From: Fimbriimonadales bacterium
GTDB lineage: Bacteria; Armatimonadota; Fimbriimonadia; Fimbriimonadales; ATM1
Reading direction: 5' to 3'
NCBI GenBank assembly: GCA_041744215.1
Contig: JBGTLG010000033.1
Coordinates: 64,001 to 128,000, forward strand
DNA: 64,000 nucleotides
The translations under genes were made by a program, and so were the position numbers. Position 1 is the first letter of the stretch. Each line of letters opens with the position of its first letter. The notes beneath the pieces are model-generated. The model saw nothing but the letters and a program-made list of their open reading frames with translations. It ran no database searches and had not been told where the DNA came from. Of the stretch, positions 1 through 10,569 are shown piece after piece.

Positions 1-2
1 TT

Positions 3-1115
3 ACTGATCACAATCCCGAATATATAGCAGGCTTCTATCGCTATGACGACAATGATGGGAGAGGCTCTTATCGGAAGGACAACATCGCGAGTCCTAATCC
101 GCGCCCTAACCTAATGTATGAGTGGAAAGGATTTCCGCATCCGGCTAAGGGGTGGCGGTTCGAGAGAAACACCATGGAAAAGCTGGACTCGGAGGGAAGA
201 ATCTGGTATCCGAGGCATCCAGACGGATCACCCGACACGTCGAAGCGGCCCCAGGTTAAGCGATACCTTGCAGAGATGAAAGGCTCCATCGTTACGAACG
301 TCTGGACAGACATAAGCCCCGTTCAATATGCGAGTAGGGAGAGTCGCGGGTATCCAACGCAGAAGCCCCTTGCGTTACTGGAGCGGATCGTCGCTGCGAG
401 CAGCAAGGAGGGCGACGTCGTACTCGATCCGTTTTGCGGCTGCGGTACTGCCGTGGTCGCTGCCGAGCGAATGGGAAGGCGCTGGATCGGCATCGACGTT
501 ACGTACCTTGCCATTTCCGAAATCGTCTACCGCCTGACCACAGAAACGACTGCGGTTCGCGACAAGGATTACGAACTGCGCGGGACGCCTAAGGACGAGA
601 TGTCCGCGCTCAAGTTCTTTGAGGAAACCGCGCCGTACAATCACAAACCCTTCGAAATGTGGGCAGTGCATCTTGTCGAAGGCGAACCCCAGGAAAAGAA
701 GGGCGGCGACAAGGGCATCGACGGTCGTATTCCGTTTCGAGGCATAGATAAGCAACTTCGCTGGGGCATGATACAGGTGAAAGGCGGTAGCAGCGGGCCA
801 GCACACGTGCGCGACTTCGCGCGCGTCCTCGACCGCGAGAAGGCGCTGTTGGGGCTGTTTATCTGCTTCCGGATCACGAAGGAGATGCGGGAAGAGGCAG
901 AAAAGATGGGCTATGCGGCATCCCTCGGCGGCAGCCGCAAGGTGCCCCGGTTGCAGATTCTTACGATCAAGGACCTGCTCGAAAAGAAGAAGGAGTTCGT
1001 AATCCCGGAGGGCTACCGATTGCCGAGGTCGAAGGGTGTTGGGAAGGGGATGAGGGCCAACCAAATCGCCATCAGCTATGAAGAGGCGGAGGTCGCCGGC
1101 ACCGATGAGAACTGA
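3..1115 (+). CDS. DNA methyltransferase (N6/N4 family) fused to a C-terminal Mrr-like restriction endonuclease domain; 5' truncated by window edge
   Basis: Frame open from base 3. [13 protein letters not shown] and SAM-binding [11 protein letters not shown] motifs; C-terminal DKGIDG...IQVKG nuclease-like motif. Confidence 0.85.
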   Translation, partial: TDHNPEYIAGFYRYDDNDGRGSYRKDNIASPNPRPNLMYEWKGFPHPAKGWRFERNTMEKLDSEGRIWYPRHPDGSPDTSKRPQVKRYLAEMKGSIVTNVWTDISPVQYASRESRGYPTQKPLALLERIVAASSKEGDVVLDPFCGCGTAVVAAERMGRRWIGIDVTYLAISEIVYRLTTETTAVRDKDYELRGTPKDEMSALKFFEETAPYNHKPFEMWAVHLVEGEPQEKKGGDKGIDGRIPFRGIDKQLRWGMIQVKGGSSGPAHVRDFARVLDREKALLGLFICFRITKEMREEAEKMGYAASLGGSRKVPRLQILTIKDLLEKKKEFVIPEGYRLPRSKGVGKGMRANQIAISYEEAEVAGTDEN

Positions 1116-1250
1116 GCGAGGAGGAGGCGCCAACTGGCAGATGCCCCCCCCAAGTCTCGGCGCGGTCGTTAGAGGCAGAGATTGGAAGGCGTCCAATGAT
1201 TCACGTTTTGTGTGGTCTGCGACACGGGAGTAGTTACGCGTTCGTGTTGA

Positions 1251-3254
1251 TTACAATGTGCAGTCTTCGCTTATACCGTTTTGAACCCCAAGTTTATCAA
1301 AAAGGATCTTGTTTCGCTGGTTAGCTAGGCGCAAAAGTTTGTGATAGGGCAATAGCTCAAAGTAGGCCATTAGCGTCTCGTGATGCTTGTACCAGCAGCC
1401 CCGGTCGGGCGCCCTGCGAAAGTCCTCCTTCCTCAGCATCTCTTCGATCGCTTTGCTTTCATCACAGACGATATATGCGAACACTGGTGTTTCCCGCAGG
1501 GCTTGCTCAAGCGGCCTTCCTCTCCAGTCCTTGATATTGCCATTCCGTATTGCTTCTATGTGCCGGACCAGCTCCTGATATGGGGTTTCCCTATAGTCCG
1601 TGAGCCCGGGTTTCTTGAACTCGAACAGGATGATTGCGGATGGCGCCTCCCAATTGTCTGTATACGCGAAGCTATGGTCCAGAATCAGAATGTCGGGGCG
1701 GACATCGCTGTTGGCGGCCACCCGACCTTTCCGCGACCTGAGCCCTACGTCGGATGCAATGTATTCCGAGTAAGCCAAGCGCTCATCAAGCAACCAGAGG
1801 TTGTGGCGGTCGTACTCCACTTCATCGTTGGTCTTTCTTCGGGGGAAAATGAGACCGTGGATTACGGACTCAAGATCGTAGTCTTTTTCGCTGTCGGCTT
1901 CTAAAGCACGCTGAAGGAAGTCCAACACGACTTTCCTCATGGCAACATGCTCTGCGAGCGCTGCTTGCCCAGTCTCGCTTACGAGTTCCAATAAGCGCTT
2001 GGTTCGATTACGGATTTCTTCGCGAGAGGGGTCGCCCTCACCTGCTAGAACCTCACGAGCTTCGCGAGCGATTCTTTGCTTTAGTTCGTGCAACGCGCGA
2101 TCCAACGCGGCTAACATGTCATCGGTAGTCGCGTCCGGATTAAGCGCGCAGGCCACTCGTTCGAGTTTCTTTCGTAGCGGCGCGTAGATCGGATGCTCCA
2201 CTATCAGCTTCCGAAGCTTTACTTCCAGAAGAGTGCGGGCACTTTCGAGGTCGGTCCCAATATGTTCGTACACGTCTTGAATCACTTGTCTTCGAATTGT
2301 GGACAAGTCGATGGGAGCAAGTCCCGCTTCATCATCCGCCGATGCATCGGTTTCAGGGATTTCAAGCCTTGACCGATCTGGCGCCATGTGATCATCCAGG
2401 TATCTGCCCGCAACGAAAGCCTCGTAGAAATATCCGTCCGAGCCGCCTAGTTTCCCGGCTAAATTGGGGACGTATCGAGAGAGATTCTCAGTCTTGATGG
2501 CCCGACTGTTCGCGACGTACCTTAAACGATGACCCTGATTGTATGAGCTGCGTCGCCTATATGCAGAAAGCACGAATGTCTCCCCGCCTACATCGATACG
2601 CTTGTCTGGGAACCGATCACCGTCCTGCGCACCGGAAAAATCGTTGAGCCGAAGCGCTTCACCTTGATCGCGAATGACGACATCAGGGGAGTTGTCAGAG
2701 TGTACTAGCATGAAGCGATCCAGAATCTGCTCTGCGATCTCTGTCAAAGTGCGAGGCGAGTTCTCGGCGTACTCCTGCCTAAGTTCACGAAGCACTACAC
2801 GCGTGCGTGTGTCTTGATCAGGGACAAGCTGCTCTTCGATCTGCGACCTATCAAGTTCTGGATCGCGTCCGAAAACGAAAGCGCGCTTTCGAAACTCGCC
2901 ATCGTTATAAACACTCTCAATCTCGGCTCTCTCGAACACCTTCAGCCACGAAAGGCGCCCGATCCCTTGCCCGCCTATTTCCGCCTTATACGGGGAGTCC
3001 GTTTCCAGGAATGAGTCTAGATTCTCGTCTGTGAACCCAATGCCATTGTCGGTGATTTCCACGTGTGCGATGTCACCGGCAATGCCCGCAAACATCGGAG
3101 GGTTTCGTACGATGTTGACCTCTACCTTTCCATCTTCTCGTTTGGTCGCTTGAATGGCCTCTATGGAGTTAACAATCGCCTCCACTACCGGGACCATGGT
3201 TCGCCTGGGGGCCACCCTGACCTTCTCTAGTCTCCTACGGAAATTCTGTTTCAT
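1251..3254 (-). CDS. GHKL (HATPase/MORC-like) ATPase with C-terminal PD-(D/E)xK nuclease-like domain
   Basis: EAIVNSIEA, ITDNGIGF and GGQGIGR GHKL motifs; coiled middle region; PDILILD...LFEFKKPG at the C-terminus. Confidence 0.75.
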   Translation of the reverse strand: MKQNFRRRLEKVRVAPRRTMVPVVEAIVNSIEAIQATKREDGKVEVNIVRNPPMFAGIAGDIAHVEITDNGIGFTDENLDSFLETDSPYKAEIGGQGIGRLSWLKVFERAEIESVYNDGEFRKRAFVFGRDPELDRSQIEEQLVPDQDTRTRVVLRELRQEYAENSPRTLTEIAEQILDRFMLVHSDNSPDVVIRDQGEALRLNDFSGAQDGDRFPDKRIDVGGETFVLSAYRRRSSYNQGHRLRYVANSRAIKTENLSRYVPNLAGKLGGSDGYFYEAFVAGRYLDDHMAPDRSRLEIPETDASADDEAGLAPIDLSTIRRQVIQDVYEHIGTDLESARTLLEVKLRKLIVEHPIYAPLRKKLERVACALNPDATTDDMLAALDRALHELKQRIAREAREVLAGEGDPSREEIRNRTKRLLELVSETGQAALAEHVAMRKVVLDFLQRALEADSEKDYDLESVIHGLIFPRRKTNDEVEYDRHNLWLLDERLAYSEYIASDVGLRSRKGRVAANSDVRPDILILDHSFAYTDNWEAPSAIILFEFKKPGLTDYRETPYQELVRHIEAIRNGNIKDWRGRPLEQALRETPVFAYIVCDESKAIEEMLRKEDFRRAPDRGCWYKHHETLMAYFELLPYHKLLRLANQRNKILFDKLGVQNGISEDCTL

Positions 3255-3475
3255 AGACCTTCCCTTCGCTCGGGCAATTCGTCGTTGATCTCAATGGCAG
3301 CGCATGCTGCACATCTGGCTGCATCCAATCAATAATACCAACTGAGGGGTTTCTGGTGACCTTTTTTTGGGCGGCGGGGGCTCTAACCTACACACCTAAC
3401 TGGAGGTGCCTCTATGAAGGCGCGACTCTCAATGGCGTTCCGTTTGGCTCCAGCGCGAAGTCTGCGCGCGCAGAT

Positions 3476-3751
3476 CTACTTGTCTTTCTCGAAAATCTGA
3501 TTGAACGGCCAAACTGTTTTGAAGTCGTAGCCAAGCTTCTCGAAGTCGGCCCTTGTCATGGGTCTAGTTCTGCCGTTTTCATCTTTGGTCAATAGGCAGC
3601 TCTGAACCCGTCCGGAAAGGATCGCCGCAACATCTGCCGAAAACCGGGGATCGACGCCAAGAAGCTCCTCCGCCTGCTTGGCAGTTCTTACCTTGTTCTC
3701 CTTTTTTCCCTTTATCACTTCTTGTTCCACCACGCTCGTGTCCGCTCTCAT
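3476..3751 (-). CDS. hypothetical protein
   Basis: 91-aa ATG ORF with protein-like composition; no family recognised. Confidence 0.35.
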   Translation of the reverse strand: MRADTSVVEQEVIKGKKENKVRTAKQAEELLGVDPRFSADVAAILSGRVQSCLLTKDENGRTRPMTRADFEKLGYDFKTVWPFNQIFEKDK

Positions 3752-3857
3752 TCAGACCGAGGAACCCCGCCCTATGCGTCTCATTGCACCTGAGTCTTTT
3801 GATGCAAAGGGCGCGCACGCGCACCAACCTTTGTGGTCAGTTGCTCTACGTTCCCTT

Positions 3858-3895
3858 CAGTTTACTGAATCGAAGAACGCCCACTTGCCCCAACG
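3858..3895. repeat. 38-bp perfect direct repeat, copy 1
   Basis: cagtttactgaatcgaagaacgcccacttgccccaacg, identical to 4387-4424. Confidence 0.95.
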
Positions 3896-3957
3896 GATCC
3901 CGGGGCATATAAATGGGGCTCACGTAGAATGGCGGCAAGGTGTACACTGGTGGCGTT

Positions 3958-4266
3958 ATGATGAAGCTAATGTTAGGTTGGCTACTTGCGATCGCTATCG
4001 CTGTGGTGGTGTTCGGTCTTGCGGTGGATCACCCGGTCGCCAATGGGATTTATCTGGCGGCGATGACGGTGTTCGCGGCCGGTGCGACGTTCGGCGGGGT
4101 GGTTATGGCGTGGCTTATGGTCCGCGCGGCTCTTCGGGGTGACCTGTTCCGGGACACTCGCAGCCGCATGGGTCGGGACGTAGGTTTCGGGAAGGGCGGT
4201 CCTGCCCCGGTTGTTCGGACGGACGAGGAAGCGCTCCAGGAGTTCCTTGATCGAAGCCGTTATTAG
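3958..4266 (+). CDS. small two-TM membrane protein
   Basis: Two hydrophobic segments and a charged tail; lies between the 38-bp repeats. Confidence 0.55.
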   Translation: MMKLMLGWLLAIAIAVVVFGLAVDHPVANGIYLAAMTVFAAGATFGGVVMAWLMVRAALRGDLFRDTRSRMGRDVGFGKGGPAPVVRTDEEALQEFLDRSRY

Positions 4267-4283
4267 GTGTAGGATCTGCGGGG

Positions 4284-4386
4284 TTAGACGTGTTCTCTGA
4301 CGAGTCCTACGACTTGGCCGATCAGTTCGCATCTTAGGGTTTCGAGGGGCGGATAGTCGGGGTTGTCGCTTTTCAGGATGGGCTCG
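4284..4386 (-). pseudogene. 3' fragment of a peptidase S24 (LexA/UmuD/phage CI-type) gene
   Basis: EPILKSDNPDYPPL...CELIGQVVGLVR* matches the S24 C-terminal consensus; homology stops at the repeat. Confidence 0.6.
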
Positions 4387-4424
4387 CAGTTTACTGAATC
4401 GAAGAACGCCCACTTGCCCCAACG
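4387..4424. repeat. 38-bp perfect direct repeat, copy 2
   Basis: Identical to 3858-3895. Confidence 0.95.
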
Positions 4425-4564
4425 ACGGACGCTCCTAACGTCGCGTCCGTCGATTGGGCAAGTCGTTTGAGGCAGGTGACCCTCCGGCAGATCGCGGTCT
4501 CTGGTTAAGGGCCGAGAGGAGCGTAAAGCCACCCGGCCCTGGTCAGCTAAGAGGAACTTCGCTT

Positions 4565-5335
4565 CTACTTCTTTCTTCGCCGCGCGGCCAGAGCCGCAAG
4601 GCCGATGCCGAGGATCGCCAAGCTTGCAGGCTCGGGGACCGCATACCCGACGCCCGTTTCGCCGGAAAAGGCAGCGCGGATATGAAGCTGCGCTGGGTTG
4701 GCCATCGGATCGTATAGCGCTGGGATCCAGCCGGTGGGTCGGTCGATGAAATCCAAATGACCTCGCATCACGCCGCTTTGGCCTATCAACTGGTTTCGGA
4801 TAGCGATCTCGCCGCCAACAATTGTGCCGACGCCCTCGAGCACGTAGGCGTCGAAATCCGAATATCCGTACAGCGAAACGGCATCGAGTTCGAGCGCCCA
4901 CAGCACGCCGAACGGCATACCGAGGGAGGGGATCGAGCCCATGATGACGAGGTCTGGACCTGCTGCGTCGGCGCCCGTACCGGTTAGGCTTACGTCTATC
5001 ACTCCGCCCGGGCCGGCGTATGGCGCGTCTTGGCCGGTGAATATGACTTGCATCCCGAAGTCGCCGCCGAACTCGCCAGCGGCGTTGAAGATCGGATGGA
5101 CCGGCGGGGCCGGCCAGGTTGGCCAATAGGCAGTCACCTCGGTATCCAATGATCCGAGAGTGTAAGAAAGCAGATCGGGCGCCACGCCCCTTGTGCTCCA
5201 CTCTGGCATCGGCACCGTCCTATTGAACGCACCGAAGTTTATGTCGTGGCCGGTTATCGTTGGTGTGAGCGGCGCGGCCATCGCGGCCGATCCCATCAAT
5301 GCTGCCGACGCCCATAAGAAGGCTCTGCTTATCAT
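4565..5335 (-). CDS. PEP-CTERM sorting domain protein
   Basis: Signal peptide; C-terminal VPEPASLAILGIGLAALAARRRKK; AGGAG RBS. Confidence 0.9.
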   Translation of the reverse strand: MISRAFLWASAALMGSAAMAAPLTPTITGHDINFGAFNRTVPMPEWSTRGVAPDLLSYTLGSLDTEVTAYWPTWPAPPVHPIFNAAGEFGGDFGMQVIFTGQDAPYAGPGGVIDVSLTGTGADAAGPDLVIMGSIPSLGMPFGVLWALELDAVSLYGYSDFDAYVLEGVGTIVGGEIAIRNQLIGQSGVMRGHLDFIDRPTGWIPALYDPMANPAQLHIRAAFSGETGVGYAVPEPASLAILGIGLAALAARRRKK

Positions 5336-5722
5336 CGTTTTCTCTCCTTGGCCTCCGGATAAAAATCCCGTTTGGCCTTAGGGCCTCAATCCGGCCCGGT
5401 TACAGGGTATCACAACTGGCATCGACGTGGGCTGTGGGTGCGCAAAACTGGTAATTCTACCGTGGCGCAGGGCGGCGTTCCTCTTGGGTGATGCGGTTTT
5501 CGGATGACGTTGTTGTTGGCGTTGGGATTCGTGTAATTCGGGGGGTCTTGAGAATGGAAGCGGTGCGATGTGCAGATGGCCAAACCTCGCTCCGATCTCA
5601 ATGGCACTCGCCTGATCCTCGAACAACCGCGCTGGTATCTGTCGCCCGTAAAATTGCCATCGTTTGGCATAGGCATATAGATTGCTATATAATCAGGGTT
5701 CACTATCTGGTTGGGGGCAGGC

Positions 5723-6472
5723 ATGATCACAATTCTTTTAGCAGCAACTTTCGGGGTGACTCTCGCACAGGGAGGCCCGGAGTCCTTCTTCTGCTCGTCC
5801 GTTCGTTTCGGATACACGGGGACCATTTCGGTTTACAACACGTTTGCCGAAGCTCAATCGGGTAGGAATCCTCGGCACTCCTCTGTCGTGGTTCCTAACC
5901 GCGACGGCGCGATCTACATAGTTCGCAACCGTCCGACTTTCTATGAGGACTTCAATGCGTTTTTGACGTTTTGGAGTTCGCATGAAGGGCAGAACCCAAA
6001 CAACACAAACTTAGGTTTTATTCAGATGTATGACGACGACGCGTCGAACTGGCTCAACCAGAAGGGCTACTGGAATAGAAGCAAGACCACTTTTACTGTT
6101 GAGGCGATGGGCCGGAACGCTACTTATCCGTCCGGCGCGAACCCGGGCGACTATGCGCGCCTGTGGAATGCTGGTGCGGTGCAAGGCAGCGGCGAATCGA
6201 CGAAAGGCACGTTTTTGCGCTACGAGTACAAGTTCATCGTGACTGGAGTTCAAGGCACGGACGACGATCAAGATGGGTTTTTCGAGTACCGCGGTCCCGA
6301 TGGTCAGTTTTCCGGATACTTCAAGGGGATTTTCGAGAACGAGAGCGCATCTTCGCCAGGATCAAACGGCTTCTACGTTGTTGAACTTTCATTCAATAAC
6401 ACGAGTTGGTCAGTTGCAAACAACTTTACGAAGAACAACGCGTTCGGTTCGTCTCGCACTCAGGGTAACTGA
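5723..6472 (+). CDS. secreted hypothetical protein
   Basis: Signal peptide; N/G/S/aromatic-rich; TATAAT upstream. Confidence 0.75.
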   Translation: MITILLAATFGVTLAQGGPESFFCSSVRFGYTGTISVYNTFAEAQSGRNPRHSSVVVPNRDGAIYIVRNRPTFYEDFNAFLTFWSSHEGQNPNNTNLGFIQMYDDDASNWLNQKGYWNRSKTTFTVEAMGRNATYPSGANPGDYARLWNAGAVQGSGESTKGTFLRYEYKFIVTGVQGTDDDQDGFFEYRGPDGQFSGYFKGIFENESASSPGSNGFYVVELSFNNTSWSVANNFTKNNAFGSSRTQGN

Positions 6473-6479
6473 GCCACAA

Positions 6480-6509
6480 ATAGGGCGTGGACGAATTGCC
6501 GCGCCCTAT
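6480..6509. terminator. hairpin between convergent genes (probable bidirectional terminator)
   Basis: atagggcgtgg...ccgcgccctat stem. Confidence 0.6.
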
Positions 6510-6517
6510 ATGTCTTC

Positions 6518-9010
6518 TTAGTTCTTGACTGCCGACTCTTCTTCTCTCGGCGCGCTGCCGTCGGGGCCATCGGCTTTTTTGAAGACGATTTGGCCAGTGT
6601 CGTCGAGATCTGCGAGAATCGTATCGCCATCGGAGAACCTTCCGAAGAGAATTTCTTCGGAGAGTGGGTCTTCGATGTATCGCTGGACAGCGCGGCGCAA
6701 CGGGCGCGCGCCCATGTCGGGTTGATAGCCCTCTCTTGCGAGGAAATCTTTGACCGCTTGCGTCGCTTCGATTTTCATGTGGCTGCGCTCTGCCTGTTTG
6801 TTGACGCGGTCGAGCTGCAAATCGACGATCTGCAGAATCTCTTCGCGCGACAGGTGGTGGAACACGATGACTTCGTCGACGCGGTTGAGAAACTCGGGTC
6901 TAAAGAGCTTCTTCATTTCCGAAAGCATTTTGTTCTTCATCGCCTCGTAAACTTTTGGATCGTTAGGATCGAGTTTCGCTTCTCGGAATCCCATTCCGCG
7001 ATCTTCTTCGATCGGCTTGACGCCGACGTTTGAGGTCATGATGACGACTGTGTTTCGGAAGTCGACGACTCGACCTTGCGAATCGGTTAGCCGTCCGTCT
7101 TCAAGTACTTGCAGCAAGATGTTGAATACTTCGGGGTGCGCTTTTTCGATTTCATCGAGAAGCACGACGCAATACGGATTGCGACGCACCGCTTCGGTTA
7201 GCTGACCGCCGTCTTCGTGGCCGACATATCCTGGAGGCGCGCCGACGAGCCGGCTTACCGCGAATCGCTCCATGTATTCGGACATATCGATGCGCACGAG
7301 ATTGTTTTCGTTTTCGAAAAGATATTCGGCGAGTGCGCGAGCCATCTCGGTTTTGCCAATTCCTGTTGGTCCGAGGAAGATGAACGAACCCATCGGACGT
7401 TTCGGGTCTTTGAGTCCGCTGCGCGCGCGTCGGACTGCGCGCGACACGGCGGCGACTGCATCATGCTGCCCGATGACGCGCCGGTGCAGTTCGTCTTCCA
7501 TTTTTAGAAGCTTGTTGCTTTCTGTTTCGACCAATCGGGCGACGGGAATTCCCGTCCATGCTTGGACGATGTGCGCGACGTCGTCTTCGGTGATGATCGG
7601 GTCTTGCCTCGGCAAAGCTGCCCACTGCTCTTCTCGCTCTTCGATGCTCGCCTCAAGATCTTTGACTTCTTGATCGAGCTTTTCGCCGCGTGAATCGAGG
7701 TCTTGGTGCTTCTGAAGGTGCTCGAGTTCGATCTTCAGGCGTTCGAGCTTCTGCTTGTCCTGACGGATATCGAGCGGCGGAAGCGTTTGCATTAGGCGAG
7801 CGCGACTGGAGGCTTCGTCGATAAGGTCGATCGCTTTGTCGGGAAGCGTTCGATCGGTAATATATCTTTGCGAAAGCTGCACGGCGGCGTCTAGTGCGTC
7901 GTCGCGTATTTCAACTTTGTGGTGCGCCTCGTAGCGGTCGCGAAGCCCTTTGAGGATTTCTACTGCCTCGTCTTCGTTGGGCTCGCGAACCACCACTGGC
8001 TGGAACCGACGCTCAAGAGCGGCGTCCCGCTCGATGTACTTGCGGAACTCGTCTTGTGTCGTCGCGCCGATGCATTGGAGCTCTCCTCTTGCGAGTGCGG
8101 GTTTCATGATGTTTGAAGCATCGATTGCGCCTTCTGCGGCGCCCGCCCCGACGAGAGTATGTAGCTCGTCCACGAATAGGATGACCTCGCCATCCGCTTT
8201 GCGGACCTCCTCCATAACCCGCTTCATCCTCTCCTCGAACTCACCTCTGTATTTGGTGCCGGCGACGAGTGCCGCCAGGTCGAGAGCGACGATTCGCTTG
8301 TCACGGATTTGCTCTGGGACGTCGCCAGCGACGATTCGCTGTGCGAGTCCTTCGGCGATAGCTGTTTTGCCGACTCCCGGCTCTCCAATGAGACACGGGT
8401 TGTTCTTCGTTCGTCGGCTCAAAATTTGCATGACCCTTTCGATTTCGTTGGTTCGACCAACGACCGGGTCGAGTTTGCCTTGCCTCGCGTAGTCGGTTAG
8501 ATCGCGACCGAATTCGTCGAGGGTTTGGGTTTGGCTCCGCCCCGCTCTGCCGCCGCCGCCCGCTCGGCTTGGTGCCTCGTTGTCTTGAAGCTTCATCACT
8601 TCTTGACGGGCTTTTTCGAGGTCTACGCCAAGTTTTGCGAGTACGCGGCCGGCCAAGCCGTCGCCTTCCCGGATCAGACCGAGAAGAAGATGCTCGGTGC
8701 CTATGTAGTTGTTATTGAGGGTGCGCGCCTCGTCGTATGCCAAGTCGATCACTCTCTTTGCCCTCGGTGTGAGGGTCATCTCCTGCACCGATTTGTGATC
8801 ACCGCGCGGGAGCTGCTTTTCGACCTCGGTCCGGATTCGGCTAAGGCTGATCCCGATTTTTTCGAGAACACGCGCGGCAACGCTGTCGGGCTCGCGTACG
8901 AGGCCGAGCAAAAGGTGCTCCGTGCTCACGTAGCCCTCGCCGAACTTTTGCGCCTCTTCTTGGGCGTAAAAGACGACTTTTCTTGCGCGTTCTGTAAATC
9001 TCTGCCACAT
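6518..9010 (-). CDS. clpC: ATP-dependent Clp protease ATP-binding subunit ClpC
   Basis: [11 protein letters not shown] start, two Clp-N repeats, two AAA modules ([16 protein letters not shown]), MGF ClpP-docking loop. Confidence 0.95.
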   Translation of the reverse strand: MWQRFTERARKVVFYAQEEAQKFGEGYVSTEHLLLGLVREPDSVAARVLEKIGISLSRIRTEVEKQLPRGDHKSVQEMTLTPRAKRVIDLAYDEARTLNNNYIGTEHLLLGLIREGDGLAGRVLAKLGVDLEKARQEVMKLQDNEAPSRAGGGGRAGRSQTQTLDEFGRDLTDYARQGKLDPVVGRTNEIERVMQILSRRTKNNPCLIGEPGVGKTAIAEGLAQRIVAGDVPEQIRDKRIVALDLAALVAGTKYRGEFEERMKRVMEEVRKADGEVILFVDELHTLVGAGAAEGAIDASNIMKPALARGELQCIGATTQDEFRKYIERDAALERRFQPVVVREPNEDEAVEILKGLRDRYEAHHKVEIRDDALDAAVQLSQRYITDRTLPDKAIDLIDEASSRARLMQTLPPLDIRQDKQKLERLKIELEHLQKHQDLDSRGEKLDQEVKDLEASIEEREEQWAALPRQDPIITEDDVAHIVQAWTGIPVARLVETESNKLLKMEDELHRRVIGQHDAVAAVSRAVRRARSGLKDPKRPMGSFIFLGPTGIGKTEMARALAEYLFENENNLVRIDMSEYMERFAVSRLVGAPPGYVGHEDGGQLTEAVRRNPYCVVLLDEIEKAHPEVFNILLQVLEDGRLTDSQGRVVDFRNTVVIMTSNVGVKPIEEDRGMGFREAKLDPNDPKVYEAMKNKMLSEMKKLFRPEFLNRVDEVIVFHHLSREEILQIVDLQLDRVNKQAERSHMKIEATQAVKDFLAREGYQPDMGARPLRRAVQRYIEDPLSEEILFGRFSDGDTILADLDDTGQIVFKKADGPDGSAPREEESAVKN

Positions 9011-9135
9011 ATCAGTTTTTGCGTCTTTGCGGGGTCTCACCGCGGTTCCGATGGTCGTTCCTACCTGAACCCGGTGACATTTCCGGGATTCCAAGGAGAA
9101 ATCTACCCCACGGACCCTTTCTTTAGGATTATCGG

Positions 9136-10155
9136 TCAGGGCTCTGCGCCCTGGGAGGTCAAGCCGAGGAATTGCCGAAAAAGCCGGCTCCGCCTGCGGT
9201 TTGTGGGCGGGTCGTCGTCCTCACCGAAGAGGATGAGGGTCAAGAGTGCGTCAAGCCTGCGTGGGTGATATTCACCAATGCCGCGCAAGGCACCGAGTCT
9301 GAGCCACCCGATCGCCCGGGTTGCAGCGTCAATGTTCATGCCTTCTTGGGCATCAATCTTCTTCCGAGCACCGTCAACGCCTTCCCTGATTCTCTGCTCG
9401 TAAAAGGCGCTTTTTGCTTGGCGCTCCTGATAGATAAGAACGTTTAGGCTGTCCGAAAGTTCCGACAGACGGTCGGTTGTGGTTGACACCTGGACGTACC
9501 CGGCGATGCCGAGGGACCTTTCGCCCAGGAGCCCTCGCACCTCAAAACCCTGGGCGTCCAGCTGCCTGACGGCCTCGGGCGCCGCCCCAGAGGCGGCTAA
9601 GCCGCCCAGATGGAGCATGACGCCGAGGCGGCGGCCCGCGCCTGCGTTGCTCGTGCTCGCTGCGAGGAAGCCGAACTCCGAGTCTTGGGCGAAGGTCAGC
9701 CGCTCCGCAAGCCGTGCCTCGGCCGATTGGGCTGCCGACAGCGATGACTCGATGGACAACCCGGCTGTGACCGCCTGGATGCGCAGGTGGTCCTCCTCGT
9801 TCACCATGATCGCTACGCCCCGATCCGGCGAGAGCAGGAGGTTCCTGCCGGGTTTGTTTGGGTCGAACTCGGGCGAAATGAGGCGACTTCCGACCAGAAC
9901 CGCTCGCTGCACCTCTGGGAGGTTCTGGACCTGTGTGAAGTTCCCAGCGAGGCCAGCCGCGAGGCACTCCCTTTCGATGGCTTCGAGTTCCGGGCGCGAC
10001 GCCGAATGTGTGAACGGATAGCCCGACAGATTGCGCATCAGACGGGCACGCGAAGAGATTACGACGTCGCTTTGCGGCGCGTCGCCTTGGAGCCACGCTG
10101 GCGCGACCGCTTGACGCAGCACTGCATCGAGCCAGGGGTCAAACTCTTGCGTCAC
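9136..10155 (-). CDS. mcsB: McsB-like protein-arginine kinase (ATP:guanido phosphotransferase), divergent
   Basis: [28 protein letters not shown] motifs; directly upstream of clpC. Confidence 0.75.
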   Translation of the reverse strand: MTQEFDPWLDAVLRQAVAPAWLQGDAPQSDVVISSRARLMRNLSGYPFTHSASRPELEAIERECLAAGLAGNFTQVQNLPEVQRAVLVGSRLISPEFDPNKPGRNLLLSPDRGVAIMVNEEDHLRIQAVTAGLSIESSLSAAQSAEARLAERLTFAQDSEFGFLAASTSNAGAGRRLGVMLHLGGLAASGAAPEAVRQLDAQGFEVRGLLGERSLGIAGYVQVSTTTDRLSELSDSLNVLIYQERQAKSAFYEQRIREGVDGARKKIDAQEGMNIDAATRAIGWLRLGALRGIGEYHPRRLDALLTLILFGEDDDPPTNRRRSRLFRQFLGLTSQGAEP

Positions 10156-10235
10156 GCTCGGCGCACCACGGGTTGACTTGGAGAGGTGATCGGCCGCATA
10201 ATCGGATCGGCCCATCCCCCTGAGGAAATAGTCGA

Positions 10236-10538
10236 ATGTTTCAACTTGTCGGTGTAGACGTTTACCTGAGATCTGAAGGTGTTCCCGAAGTTCCGCGCGA
10301 ACACGGTCCTTTCAAATTGATTTTCATATCCAATCGCGGCACTCGCGTTTGGCCAAACAAAATCGAAGGCTTTTCGATGATCGATTGGCCGCGGTGTCGG
10401 TATGAAGCGGACGGCGAGATTTCTGACAATGATGTCGAGGGACTGGTGAGCGCGCTTACCCACGGCGGCTTCACATGGACGAAGTGTCAGAAGCTCTATC
10501 GCAAAGACGGGGAGAACCAATACAGTCAGCCTTATTGA
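10236..10538 (+). CDS. stand-alone isocitrate dehydrogenase C-terminal extension domain
   Basis: LVGVDVY...ISNRGTRVWP...DWPRCRY...QKLY.KDG..QYSQ resembles the C-terminal domain of Thermus-type ICDH. Confidence 0.7.
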   Translation: MFQLVGVDVYLRSEGVPEVPREHGPFKLIFISNRGTRVWPNKIEGFSMIDWPRCRYEADGEISDNDVEGLVSALTHGGFTWTKCQKLYRKDGENQYSQPY

Positions 10539-10569
10539 GGCGTGGGTCGTTTGACGAAGTAGAAAAGAT

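Noticed and set aside
3858-4424. 38-bp repeats as a CRISPR array
   Set aside because: Only two copies, a 491-bp interval, and no cas genes.
4284-5201. 305-aa ORF on the minus strand
   Set aside because: Arg-rich shadow frame of the PEP-CTERM gene; only its last ~33 codons look genuine (S24 fragment).
3287-5606. 13-bp match gatctcaatggca at ~3287 and ~5594
   Set aside because: Short and without supporting context; could be chance.
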